From contig CANOPF010000003.1 of assembly GCA_947568535.1 (NCBI GenBank), forward strand, positions 1-49,280: a stretch of DNA of 49,280 nt, read 5' to 3'. Of the stretch, positions 1 through 9,719 are shown piece by piece (position 1 is the first letter of the stretch; each line of letters starts with the position of its first letter). The position numbers and the translations under genes are program-made. A model generated the notes under the pieces. The model ran no database searches. It worked only from the letters and a program-made list of their open reading frames with translations, and was not told where the DNA came from. The stretch is from an uncultured Clostridium sp. (GTDB lineage Bacteria; Bacillota; Clostridia; TANB77; CAG-508).

Positions 1-83
1 TTATTATAACTTACATGACTTTCAAATTTACTTAAATATTTAATATAATTTTTATCAACTGTATAAAATAGTAATTCTTCCAT
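1..83 (-). CDS. toxN: Type III toxin-antitoxin toxin, ToxN/AbiQ family (5' end only, runs off window)
   Basis: Hand translation from ATG at 83 (SD AGGAGAG) gives MEELLFYTVDKNYIKYLSKFESHVSYN, resembling the ToxN/AbiQ N-terminus (FY.i...YI.YL..FD..V). Preceded by promoter, repeat array and hairpin. Confidence 0.8.
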   Translation of the reverse strand, partial: MEELLFYTVDKNYIKYLSKFESHVSYN

Positions 84-101
84 CTCTCCTCATTTCTTAT
101 T

Positions 102-143
102 AAAATAGGGAATACACTTTTTCAAATGTACCCCCTTAATTTA
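102..143 (-). terminator. Hairpin/terminator between antitoxin repeats and toxin gene
   Basis: Minus strand GGGGGTACAT...GTGTATTCCC followed by a T-rich run; the position typical of type III TA operons. Confidence 0.6.
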
Positions 144-144
144 A

Positions 145-258
145 AACTGCTTATTTATAAGGCTTAAGCATTACCTAATTTCAAATCAGTTCATTTATAA
201 GGCTTGAACTTTACCTAATTTTAAATCGTTCTCTTTTTAGGTAAGAACTTCCTATTAG
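145..258 (-). ncRNA. toxI: ToxI-like antitoxin RNA array (two 40-nt-period repeats plus a diverged third pseudoknot unit)
   Basis: Direct repeats 153-187 and 193-227 (4 mismatches in 35 nt). Each can fold as an H-type pseudoknot: S1 AGGU/GCCU, S2 AGUUCA/UGAACU or UGCUUA/UAAGCA. Third unit: UAGG/CCUA plus GUUCU/AGAAC. Confidence 0.8.
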
Positions 259-290
259 TAATCTAAATAGATTACTCTTCTAGTATATTA

Positions 291-320
291 ATTATACTAC
301 CTTTTTATACCTTATGTCAA
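291..320 (-). promoter_or_regulatory. Sigma-A promoter of the toxIN operon
   Basis: TTGACA (320-315), 18-nt spacer, TATAAT (296-291) on the minus strand. Confidence 0.75.
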
Positions 321-443
321 TAAAATCTCATGACTTTTTCCCAAAAACTGCAAAACCTATTACGACTTATTTGGTGGATAACAAAAGGGTAACAATGCAG
401 TCATGTCAATCCTTAAAAGTACTGGTATTACTGCATTGTCATT

Positions 444-491
444 TTAAATACTTACTCCTGCTAGTATTTATAATACTATTATTGTAACAAT
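444..491 (-). pseudogene. Remnant of a type IV pilin-like N-terminal helix
   Basis: Translates IVTIIVL*ILAGVSI*, matching the Clostridial prepilin consensus (..LVVTIIVLLILAGVSI) with an internal stop. Confidence 0.55.
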
Positions 492-653
492 CTGTACTTC
501 TTGGTCGGTTGATAGCAACATTAGAAATTACAGGTTGAATTTCTCCCCCTTGTTGTAAAGTGCTTATAATTTCTCCACATTCTGTTGCCGTAAAGCTTAA
601 ATTTCCTTCTTCTTTCCTATCTTGGTAAACGTTATCAAATATAAAATGGATAA

Positions 654-698
654 GAAAAAACTAGAAATTAGAATTTTGGAGTAATTTCTAGTTTTTCT
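654..698. terminator. Rho-independent terminator after the cohesin gene
   Basis: Inverted repeat AAAAACTAGAAATTA...TAATTTCTAGTTTTT with A/T tails. Confidence 0.7.
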
Positions 699-741
699 AT
701 TTACTTTAACTGTTCTTAATTTTATACTCTTTTAAATTGGA

Positions 742-1545
742 TTACTTATCTTTTTTGATTTTTCTGTCAATAACTTTAACTTTAATATATAAAACTACGG
801 TTAATAAGATACCTATTCCTATTGATGTAAATAAAATTATATTAGCACTTCCTGCTCGTGGCAATACACCCTTTTTTATATTTTCTTTATGCGTATCCAC
901 TACATTAAGTACATTATCTTTATTTCCCAATGTGTTTTGACCTTTATTAACATTGTTATTGTTTGGTTTACTACTGTCATTATTGCTACTTCCTGTATTG
1001 TTATTCCCTGTATTGTTATTCCCTCCATTATTATCGTCATGATTATTATTACTATCACCTACTATTGTCAGTTTAACAGATTTATTACCAGTAGCCACAT
1101 CAGGACCTGCTGTTGTACCAGAAAAATTTTCTAAACTAATAGTAGTATCTCCTACTTTAGCATCTTTTTTTACTTTAAAAGTAATCGTTCCAATACTTTG
1201 AGTAGTACTTACGACATCTCCATATTTTGTAGTAGCTGTAATAAGTCCATTTTCATAAAAAGGTGCATCCCATTTATCTGTACCATTTGTTGATACATAT
1301 TCTAAAACAGAAGAATCAAATTTTATACTGCCAGTATAACCACCAATTCCCTTTTCTCCACTTTCAATTAAAATTTTACTCAAACCAATGGTAATGATAA
1401 CAGTATCTTCAGCTTTAACTTGTGTATTGTTTACTGTTAAAGTTGTTTCAAAACTATCATTTGCAGCATATACATTTGTAGTGATGACTAAAAATGCTAT
1501 CAATAGTATAGTAACTATTTTTTTACTTACTATATCCTTTTTCAT
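742..1545 (-). CDS. Sortase-anchored single-cohesin surface protein (mini-scaffoldin)
   Basis: Signal peptide (VYA-A); cohesin-like motifs (IKFDSSVLEYVS, IGTITFKVK, GDTTISL); Asn/Gly linker; LPRAG + TM + basic tail. Confidence 0.75.
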   Translation of the reverse strand: MKKDIVSKKIVTILLIAFLVITTNVYAANDSFETTLTVNNTQVKAEDTVIITIGLSKILIESGEKGIGGYTGSIKFDSSVLEYVSTNGTDKWDAPFYENGLITATTKYGDVVSTTQSIGTITFKVKKDAKVGDTTISLENFSGTTAGPDVATGNKSVKLTIVGDSNNNHDDNNGGNNNTGNNNTGSSNNDSSKPNNNNVNKGQNTLGNKDNVLNVVDTHKENIKKGVLPRAGSANIILFTSIGIGILLTVVLYIKVKVIDRKIKKDK

Positions 1546-1591
1546 ATCCTCTCTCCTTTAATTTTTATTTTTGTTCATTTCCTAAAAAAGA

Positions 1592-4500
1592 TTATTGTGT
1601 ATTTATTTGCTTTACTACTAGTCGTTTTACTAGTAGTAAATCTGTTGCTGTTATTTTTCCATCTTTGTTGATATCTGCTAGTTTAAATTTGTCTTGTGTT
1701 AAAATCCATTCTTGTTTTTTGCCTGCTACTAAATGTCTTTTTACTAATAGAAGGTCTGTTGCTGTTATTTTTCCATCTTTATTGATATCACCTAATTCAT
1801 ATTTGTCTGGATTTTCTTGGTCTTTTTTAATCCAATCTACTTTTGCTGTCGCTGTTCCTTTATTTCCAGCTTTATCTTCAAACTCAAATATAAATTCACC
1901 ATTTTCATTAAATGTATATTGTCTGCTTGTACCATTATTCATAATGGTAATGTTTTCACTTTCATTTACTAAAGTTGCAATTACTGCTTTATCTGTAGTT
2001 TCTTCTGTACTATATTTAATTTGAGCTGTTGGAGCTGTTTTATCAATCCAACTTACTTTTGCTTTATGTGTTTTTTCTTCTCTACTAGGATTATTTATAT
2101 CTTCATCTTGCTCCATATATTCAAAGATAAATTCTCCATTTTGGGTAAAGGTATGTGTTTTTCCACCTTCACTTAACATTCTAACATTTTCATTTTTATT
2201 ACCATTAGTATCAATGATATATGGTTTGATGGTAGCTATAACATCTTGATTCGTTTCATTGTTAATATTATAGGTAATATCACTGGCTAAGATTTTAGTA
2301 TCTTGATGAATGTAATCAACTTTTACACTTTTATAGGCTATATTACTTGCTTTATCTAACATTCTAAATTCATATTCACCACTAACTTCAAAGGCATGTT
2401 CTAATGGATTAGATCTTGTTGTTTGTTGTAATTTTCTTAATTGTTCTTTTTCTGCATCGGTTACATTCTCAGTTATATTATTTCCTTCACTGTTAAAATA
2501 TTCTTCTGTTTCAACGGTTCCGTCTGTTTTTAATGTCACTACATAAGTATCTACATTTTCAGCATTTCCTGTTGTATTTTTATAGGTAATTTTTTTCGTT
2601 ACTCCATTTTCATTTAGTTCTGCCACTTTATAGATATGACCATACGAATCTAAATAGGAAACACTGGTTGCTTTTCCATCTTTATCTACTTCAACATAGT
2701 TTATTTTTTTGTTATTCTGGTCTAATAGATACACATCTTCACTGATATTGTCCAATAAAACACGTAATCTTTTATCTTCATCTAATTTATAGCTTACATC
2801 TGCACTTGGCCCATTTTTATCAATCCATGTAACTTTAGCCAGTGCTGAACCTTTCGCACCATTTTCGTCTTCAAACTCAAAAGTAAATTCTCCATTTTCT
2901 CTAAATACATATGTATCAGATCCATTATTATTCATAATGGTAATTTTTCTACTTGGGTTGACCAGTCTTGCTACAACGACACCATTAGTATGTTCCGTTG
3001 TACTGTAAGCAATACCTGCTGTTGGATGAGGATTTTGTGTTATATCTTGGTATAAGTTAAATGCTCTTGCTGTAAACCAATTACCATTTGTACGATCCGC
3101 TACTATTTTTACATATTTAACTTCTTTAGGTTTTTCTATTTCAAAACTTTTTGTATTGGTTATAGCGTCTTGAATGCTATTGGCTTGATTGGTATATGTC
3201 AAGTTTTTTTGATTTGCTAATTCCTCCCAATTCTCACCATCCATACTACCATAAATTGTTCCATCATAAATTTTACCATTTCCTCCACCTGCTGGTACAA
3301 ATTCTACAGCTGATAAACTAACTGATTGATCTAATTCAATAACAATATAACGTTCTGTGTCAGAGCCATTCCATGCTGAATGCCATCTTGTATTATAATT
3401 GGCATCAATTGCATTTGTAGCAGCTCCTCCTTGATTAGTAGCTTGTGTTGAACAACTTTGAATACTTAAATGTGATACTGGAATATATTTTCTTGTTTCT
3501 GGTTGGTTATCCTCGGTAAAAGTAAAGGTAGTTGATGCTTCACTAGCAAGTCTTGTTCCTGTTGCTCCTTGTCTTAATTGTACAGTTTTATTCCCTGTTA
3601 AATTAGGAGAACTTTCACTATAGAAAGTCCATGGTTCATTTTCTGTATAACGCCACTGGGTACTCAAATTTACACCAACCATTCTATTTTCTAAATCACT
3701 AGCAAATAATGTTTCTGGTAAACCTGCTGATTCTTGTATATCGATTTGATAGATATTTTCTTCACTATAATTAGTACCTACAATATGTATATAGATATCA
3801 TTTTCAGCAGTTATAGAAGCAATTTCTTCTTTTGTTAATGTACGTTTATGATCTTCTGCGGTAGATGCTACTTCATTCCATGTTTTCTTTCCATCTAAGC
3901 TATAGTCCCAACGTATACCATTTCCATCAAATCTACTTGATAATACAATTTTTTCTGCATCTGCTCCGTCAAATGAGAAAGTTGCTAACCTTGTATCAAT
4001 TTGTCCTAATAAATAAGATGCTAAACCTCTAGTTGTAGCTGGTTGTAAAACCGTTGAACCTTCATTTGGATAATTTTTAGCTTCTGTTAATATTTTGTTT
4101 TGAAGTATGGTGAATTTGAATTCATATTCATCACTTGTTAATTTTGTTTTAATATAGTTTGATAAATTGTACATTGGGAATGGGAAACATTTTAACGCTT
4201 CCATCATTTCTTTTTCTAATTTATAGTAGTCTTCTTCTGTTTTTGTTGTATCTTTTACATATAATTTAGCTAATCCTGCCCAAGCATCTAAGTTGATAGA
4301 TTGAATTTTTATTGCATCTCTATATATTTGCTCTTGTTTTGCTTTATCATCTTTATATGTATCTACTGTCATTAAAAGTTTTTCTGCTTTTTCAAAATTA
4401 TTATAATCATTTAGAGCTTCTTGTGCTAATATAACATAAGGTACATTATAACCTTTTACATAAGTTCTATCATTTCCCCATCCTAAAGGCATTCTTTCAC

Positions 4501-6301
4501 CTTTTTCTGAAAGAGCCCATCCAGATACATCATTGTCAATTCCCCATAGTCCTTTTCCTTCTGCATTTTGATTGTAGTAAAGAAGTGCTGCATGTCCAGG
4601 CTGTCCAATAACTGCTGATGGTATGGCATTTACACCACGTATACAATGTCCAGATTTTGATATACCACCACAAACAGCTCCTGTACCAAATTGATTTCTA
4701 AAGTTCATCCACAATTTATATACATAACCTTTACTTGTGTCATTTCTATATGGTACATATTCAAATAATCCTTTTTTAGTTGTTGTTCCATCTTCATTTG
4801 TTTTTTCTACGGCAAATAAGTCATTAAAATAGTCCTTATTATTTTCATCATAATAAACTGGATTTGCATAATTAGGCCATACATATGCCATATAAGGGTG
4901 TGGAGTCAACAAGCTCCATACACTATTTGGTGCTTTGTCAATTCGTGATTGGGTGTATTCATTTAGCCATATAACTTCTTCATCATCAATTAATGTTCCT
5001 AGAACCCATCTCATTTCTTCTATATTATACGTTTCAAACCATGGTGTCATATCTACTGTATCAGTCGCTCTAAATTGTCCATTATTATACATTTGTTTAT
5101 AAAGCAAATAACGATCTACAGAATCTGATTGATTAAATTCTGAGTTTTGCATCCATAGTCCTACTCTTGAAGAATGGGTTAATGAAAGTGTTATTGCCAT
5201 TCTTTTATAAAGATTTCCCTTTGTGGTTGACCAATTTAAATTTTTCTTAGTTAATAAGGTTTTACCTGCATCGGATATTGGTGTTGTATCATCAAAATCG
5301 CTTCTATATTCTTTTAGTAATCTTGTTAGCTCTTTTAATGAATTATAATAACTTCCTGTTGGTGCTCCTCCTAAAATATAATAACGAAGGTTTTCTACAT
5401 CGTTCATAAGCCAATCAATTGTTTCTTTGTTGGCTGGTTCTTCTTCGATAAATCTTTCTAAAGCATAATTTCCTACACTCGCTTTAAATTTTCTTTGTAA
5501 TACAAGCAATTCATATTGTGAGTCTGCTAAATCCTTGTTAGCATAATCTTTAATTCTTTGGTCATATACGTCAATGCTTGGATATGCTGGCTGTTTTTCT
5601 TCGTAATGATCGGTAATTAGCATTGGGTCGATATAAACAGCATGGTCACTTGCATTATTAGCATTAGCTACTGCTGAAAGTCTAAGATATTTAGCCCCTC
5701 TAATGTCTATTTTCATAAATACGGCTTCTTCCCCTGGCATATATACTTTATCTGCATCACTTTTTAGTGTCCAATGGGTTGGTCCTTCTGTATAAAATGT
5801 GTCTTCATCTGATGTATAAATCCAAAACTTAACACCATCTCCTCTAGTTGCTGTTTTATTTAAGCCTACCCACATCGTTAAATAATGATATTTTTCGCTA
5901 TACTCACTTATATTAAAGTATACTTCTGATTTAGCATGTGCCCATATACCATAATCAAATGGATAGTAAGCTCCTTCTCTCTTAATTTCTAATTTTGCAC
6001 CATTACCATCTTCATTTTTTCTTAATTTATCCCATCCTGCTTTAGATTCAGGACGAAAATCTAAATCTGTTAATCTTATATATTCTCCTTCATTTGGATC
6101 CTCTTGTGTTTCAGCATGGTTATTATTCTCCTCATTCGTATTGGCATATACCATACTATAAAATAATTTTTCCTTAGATGCTCCTGTTAGTTGTTCTTTT
6201 TCACACATCATTACTGATATGTATTGTGCACAAATTAAAATTACAAATAAAATAATTATTTTCATGATTCTATTTATTGCTCTTTTAGTTTGTCCTTCCA
6301 T
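1592..6301 (-). CDS. Large secreted multidomain protein: NPCBM/NEW2, putative Cys-His catalytic domain, F5/8 type C (CBM32), Ig-like repeats, C-terminal dockerin
   Basis: Likely start ATG 6301 after AGGAGG. GIWAHAKSEVYF (NPCBM-like); GAVCGG...QPGHAA; NAIDANYNTRWHS (F5/8C); repeated FTENGEFxFEF..WIDK units; duplicated DINKDGKITATDLLLVKR dockerin. Confidence 0.8.
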   Translation of the reverse strand: MEGQTKRAINRIMKIIILFVILICAQYISVMMCEKEQLTGASKEKLFYSMVYANTNEENNNHAETQEDPNEGEYIRLTDLDFRPESKAGWDKLRKNEDGNGAKLEIKREGAYYPFDYGIWAHAKSEVYFNISEYSEKYHYLTMWVGLNKTATRGDGVKFWIYTSDEDTFYTEGPTHWTLKSDADKVYMPGEEAVFMKIDIRGAKYLRLSAVANANNASDHAVYIDPMLITDHYEEKQPAYPSIDVYDQRIKDYANKDLADSQYELLVLQRKFKASVGNYALERFIEEEPANKETIDWLMNDVENLRYYILGGAPTGSYYNSLKELTRLLKEYRSDFDDTTPISDAGKTLLTKKNLNWSTTKGNLYKRMAITLSLTHSSRVGLWMQNSEFNQSDSVDRYLLYKQMYNNGQFRATDTVDMTPWFETYNIEEMRWVLGTLIDDEEVIWLNEYTQSRIDKAPNSVWSLLTPHPYMAYVWPNYANPVYYDENNKDYFNDLFAVEKTNEDGTTTKKGLFEYVPYRNDTSKGYVYKLWMNFRNQFGTGAVCGGISKSGHCIRGVNAIPSAVIGQPGHAALLYYNQNAEGKGLWGIDNDVSGWALSEKGERMPLGWGNDRTYVKGYNVPYVILAQEALNDYNNFEKAEKLLMTVDTYKDDKAKQEQIYRDAIKIQSINLDAWAGLAKLYVKDTTKTEEDYYKLEKEMMEALKCFPFPMYNLSNYIKTKLTSDEYEFKFTILQNKILTEAKNYPNEGSTVLQPATTRGLASYLLGQIDTRLATFSFDGADAEKIVLSSRFDGNGIRWDYSLDGKKTWNEVASTAEDHKRTLTKEEIASITAENDIYIHIVGTNYSEENIYQIDIQESAGLPETLFASDLENRMVGVNLSTQWRYTENEPWTFYSESSPNLTGNKTVQLRQGATGTRLASEASTTFTFTEDNQPETRKYIPVSHLSIQSCSTQATNQGGAATNAIDANYNTRWHSAWNGSDTERYIVIELDQSVSLSAVEFVPAGGGNGKIYDGTIYGSMDGENWEELANQKNLTYTNQANSIQDAITNTKSFEIEKPKEVKYVKIVADRTNGNWFTARAFNLYQDITQNPHPTAGIAYSTTEHTNGVVVARLVNPSRKITIMNNNGSDTYVFRENGEFTFEFEDENGAKGSALAKVTWIDKNGPSADVSYKLDEDKRLRVLLDNISEDVYLLDQNNKKINYVEVDKDGKATSVSYLDSYGHIYKVAELNENGVTKKITYKNTTGNAENVDTYVVTLKTDGTVETEEYFNSEGNNITENVTDAEKEQLRKLQQTTRSNPLEHAFEVSGEYEFRMLDKASNIAYKSVKVDYIHQDTKILASDITYNINNETNQDVIATIKPYIIDTNGNKNENVRMLSEGGKTHTFTQNGEFIFEYMEQDEDINNPSREEKTHKAKVSWIDKTAPTAQIKYSTEETTDKAVIATLVNESENITIMNNGTSRQYTFNENGEFIFEFEDKAGNKGTATAKVDWIKKDQENPDKYELGDINKDGKITATDLLLVKRHLVAGKKQEWILTQDKFKLADINKDGKITATDLLLVKRLVVKQINTQ

Positions 6302-6388
6302 GGTATCCTCCTTTTTTATTTTTATATATACAACACTTTTATTATAACACATTTTGACATTTATGTAAATTGTTTTGTGAATTTTTTG

Positions 6389-8164
6389 TCATTTATTTGT
6401 AGAAATAAATTTCTCATGGATTTTTATTTCACTATGTGTTGTTAAAATTTCCCACGCACCTCCTTGGTGTCCCCCTTCTCCTGTTGGATTATATAAAGTA
6501 ACTAAAACGACTACTTGTGGATTATCAATTGGTGCAACTCCACAAAAAGAAGTTACATACTTATTCGTATTAACACCGTCCTCCGAAGTTCCTGTTTTTC
6601 CGCCAATTCGATATCCTGCTACTTTTGCATTTTTTCCAGTTCCTTCTGATACAACAGATTCCATCATACTTAGCACTTTCTCTGAAGTTTCCTTTGAAAT
6701 AACTGTTCCCTCATTTTTTACAGGAACATCGGTAACTTCTTTTGTTTCACTATTAACGATCTGTTTGACAATCCTTGGCTGAATACTATTTCCTCCATTA
6801 GCGATAGCTGATACTGCTGTTACTAATTGGATAGGAGTTATTTCAAATCTTTGACCAAAACTAATAGTAGCTAGTTCTACTGGTCCAGCCTTTTCCTCTG
6901 CTAAAAATATACTATTTGCTTCCCCTGGTAAATCAATTCCTGTTCGATTTAATAACCTGAATTTTTTTAAATAATTATAATATTTTTGGACTCCCAATTG
7001 CTGTCCAAGTCCTATAAATACTGGATTACAAGAATTCATCAAACCCAATCGTAAACTCTCTGAACCATGCGGTCTGTAATATCTCCAACATTTGATCCTA
7101 ACACCTGCTACCTCAATTCCTCCTGTACAAGAAAACTGCCCTTGTTTATCAATATCCGTTACTAAACCTTCTTCAATTGATGCTGAAGCTGTTATTAATT
7201 TAAAAACAGAACCAGGTTCATATGTATCTGCAATAGCTTTATTCCTCCACACAGCTTGCAAATTTTTTGTTTTCTCTGCCTGTTCCATACTATCCCAAGT
7301 TTCTTTTAATTCATCTGTATAGGCTACATATGGCTGATTTAAATTGTAATTTGGATAAGTAGCCATGGCCAGTATATCTCCATTTTGAGGATTCATGACT
7401 ACAACATTTCCACCATCTGTACAAATATTATCAATACAAGCTTCTTCCAAATATTTTTCTACCATAGACTGAATGGTTAAATCAATAGTGAGAATTAAAT
7501 CATTTCCATCAATAGCTGGTACATATTTTTCTCCTTCATGGCCTATTTCTCCACCTTTAGCATCAGTATGACGTTGTATAGCCCCTTGTTTTCCTTTTAG
7601 CTCTGTATCATACTTTGCCTCTATTCCATCTAAACCTTGGTTATCACTTCCACAAAATCCGATAATTTGAGAAGCAATCGTACTATAAGGATAATACCTT
7701 TTGGTATCCTCATCAATATTAATTCCTGTTGTTATTCCATTTTCTTGCATCCATATTCTTAACTGATCGGTTTTTTGCTTATCTACTTTTTTACTAATTG
7801 TCTCAATTGAGCTTCTTTTTGTTACTTTTTTCAAAACCTTATTATAATCTAATTCAAAGATTTCAGACAAAACCTTAGCAACTTTTTCCTTATTCTCTTT
7901 TGTAATATTACCTGGATTTACGGTTACTGTCTCTACTGTACTACTAACAGCTAATTCATTTTTTCCTGTAGCATCATATATTATCCCTCTTTTCGGATTA
8001 ATCGTTCTATCTAAGGTCTGTTGTTGATATGCCATACTAGAAAGTTCTCCCCCCTGTACAAATTGAATATAGCCAATTCGCCCAATTAAAAAAAATATAA
8101 TTATAAAACTAATAAAAAGAGCATTTCTCATTTTCTTTTTACTAGAAAGTTTTATCGTTCTCAT
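6389..8164 (-). CDS. spoVD: SpoVD/FtsI class B penicillin-binding protein, 3'-truncated
   Basis: Follows mraZ-rsmH-ftsL. Motifs EPGSVFK, SCN, KTGT. After GGHQGG the sequence no longer matches the paralog at 13738, and the final helix and PASTA domains are missing. Confidence 0.8.
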   Translation of the reverse strand: MRTIKLSSKKKMRNALFISFIIIFFLIGRIGYIQFVQGGELSSMAYQQQTLDRTINPKRGIIYDATGKNELAVSSTVETVTVNPGNITKENKEKVAKVLSEIFELDYNKVLKKVTKRSSIETISKKVDKQKTDQLRIWMQENGITTGINIDEDTKRYYPYSTIASQIIGFCGSDNQGLDGIEAKYDTELKGKQGAIQRHTDAKGGEIGHEGEKYVPAIDGNDLILTIDLTIQSMVEKYLEEACIDNICTDGGNVVVMNPQNGDILAMATYPNYNLNQPYVAYTDELKETWDSMEQAEKTKNLQAVWRNKAIADTYEPGSVFKLITASASIEEGLVTDIDKQGQFSCTGGIEVAGVRIKCWRYYRPHGSESLRLGLMNSCNPVFIGLGQQLGVQKYYNYLKKFRLLNRTGIDLPGEANSIFLAEEKAGPVELATISFGQRFEITPIQLVTAVSAIANGGNSIQPRIVKQIVNSETKEVTDVPVKNEGTVISKETSEKVLSMMESVVSEGTGKNAKVAGYRIGGKTGTSEDGVNTNKYVTSFCGVAPIDNPQVVVLVTLYNPTGEGGHQGGAWEILTTHSEIKIHEKFISTNK

Positions 8165-8264
8165 AAAAAAAACCTCCTATTTCATTCTATTAGGAAATTT
8201 TTTCTTTATTCAAATTTATTAAAAATTACCCCAAAGGGAAGATTTCTTTATTTTCTAGTAGTTG

Positions 8265-8774
8265 TTAATGAAAAATTTGGTTAATGATTCTTTTTAACCA
8301 ATTATCTTCTTCTTTTTCTATAACTTTTTCTTCTGTTGCAGGTACAACATAGTCTCTTTTCGGTAAAGTAACATATATTGTTTGTTTATTGGTCAATTTT
8401 TGCATACCTAATTTTTCTTTTGCTAGTTTTTCAACGGTATTTAAATTTAAACTATTCTCAATACTAACTTTTAACTGTTCATTTTCCTTTTCAAGAGAAG
8501 ATAATTCTTTTTTTAAATTTTGTACCTGTTTAAATCTTTCATTAATTTGTGAGTTTCTATAACTTATGGTTAATAATAATATGAATATCCCAACAACAAC
8601 TAAAGTTAATTTCGTTTGTTTTATTTTTTGTTCTCTTGATATTTTTACTTCTTGCCTTGGTATATTTTCTACCACTGTTAATTTTTTCTTTTTGATTTGT
8701 TTATTTTTTCTCTTAGGTATTTCTGGTTCTACTTTTCGTGGATTTGTTCCATATTCATATCTACTTCTAGCCAT
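8265..8774 (-). CDS. ftsL: Cell division protein FtsL
   Basis: TM + coiled coil + LAKEKLGM motif; located between rsmH and the PBP. Confidence 0.75.
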   Translation of the reverse strand: MARSRYEYGTNPRKVEPEIPKRKNKQIKKKKLTVVENIPRQEVKISREQKIKQTKLTLVVVGIFILLLTISYRNSQINERFKQVQNLKKELSSLEKENEQLKVSIENSLNLNTVEKLAKEKLGMQKLTNKQTIYVTLPKRDYVVPATEEKVIEKEEDNWLKRIINQIFH

Positions 8775-8789
8775 AAGTTATTCACCTCC

Positions 8790-9719
8790 TTATCTTCTTT
8801 CAAAAATTCTCAATTTTGCACTCTTGCTCCTTGTATTTTTTTGTAGTTCCTGTTTTGTAGGAACTATTGGTTTTTTGGTTATTATCTCTCCTAAAGATTT
8901 TGCTCCACATACACAATATGGAAAATCACTTGGGCAAGTACATCTCCCTCTGGCTTCTAGAAAAGCATTTTTTACTGCCCTATCTTCTAAAGAATGGAAA
9001 GTGATAACACATACTCTTCCTCCTATGTTTAAACTTTCTATAGAATCCATAATGGTTTGATATAACGGTTTTATTTCATTGTTGACTTCAATTCTTATGG
9101 CTTGAAAAGTCCTTTTAGCTGGATGTCCTTCTTTTTGTTTTGATTTTGGTATAGATTGTTCAATAATTTCTGTCAATTGCCTTGTTGTTTTTATTGGATT
9201 TTCCTGCCTTTTTTGGCAAATATTTTTAGCAATTCGTCGAAAAAACCTCTCTTCTCCATATTCATAGATGATATTTGCCAATTTTTGTTCTGTATACTGA
9301 TTAACAACATCTTCTGCTGTCAACGCTTGGCTTTTATCCATTCTCATATCTAAAATATTTTCTCCCAAATAACTAAACCCTCTATTTCGCTCATCTAATT
9401 GATAAGAAGAAACACCTAAATCCAACAAAATCCCTTCTACTTTATCTATGCATAGTTGTTGTAAAATTTCCTTTATCTTATCATGATTATCATGCACATA
9501 GATAATATTAGAAAATCCCTTTAATTTTTTTTTTGCTGCTATTAGTGCTTCTTCATCTCGGTCAATTCCAACTAATCTTCCCTGTTTTGATAATTTTTCT
9601 AAAATTTCTTTACTATGTCCTGCTCCACCTAAAGTTCCATCTACATAGACTCCATTAGGTTTTATGGCAAGCCCCTCAATACATTCTGTTAGCATGACTG
9701 GCTCATGTTTGAATTCCAA
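8790..9719 (-). CDS. rsmH: 16S rRNA m4C1402 methyltransferase
   Basis: HEPVML, DGTLGGAGHS, LLDLGVSSYQLD, RTFQAIRIEVN, ITFHSLEDR. Probable TTG start at 9719. Confidence 0.97.
   Translation of the reverse strand: MEFKHEPVMLTECIEGLAIKPNGVYVDGTLGGAGHSKEILEKLSKQGRLVGIDRDEEALIAAKKKLKGFSNIIYVHDNHDKIKEILQQLCIDKVEGILLDLGVSSYQLDERNRGFSYLGENILDMRMDKSQALTAEDVVNQYTEQKLANIIYEYGEERFFRRIAKNICQKRQENPIKTTRQLTEIIEQSIPKSKQKEGHPAKRTFQAIRIEVNNEIKPLYQTIMDSIESLNIGGRVCVITFHSLEDRAVKNAFLEARGRCTCPSDFPYCVCGAKSLGEIITKKPIVPTKQELQKNTRSKSAKLRIFERR

Larger units (their letters stand above)
1..6455. mobile_element. Accessory island interrupting spoVD (left end outside window)
   Basis: spoVD similarity stops abruptly at ~6455 and is followed by surface-protein, pilin-remnant and type III TA cargo. 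No recombinase visible in the window. Confidence 0.5.

Noticed and set aside
145-258. CRISPR array
   Set aside because: Repeats are nearly contiguous with no spacers; pseudoknot covariation and the downstream toxin indicate ToxI.
440-640. Possible displaced 3' fragment of spoVD
   Set aside because: Only vague resemblance. The best-matching part reads as a pilin helix remnant, and the expected continuation after GHQGG is absent.
6389-6460. spoVD end as a third CGG-type frameshift
   Set aside because: No CGG at the break, and both alternative frames stop within a few codons without PBP similarity.
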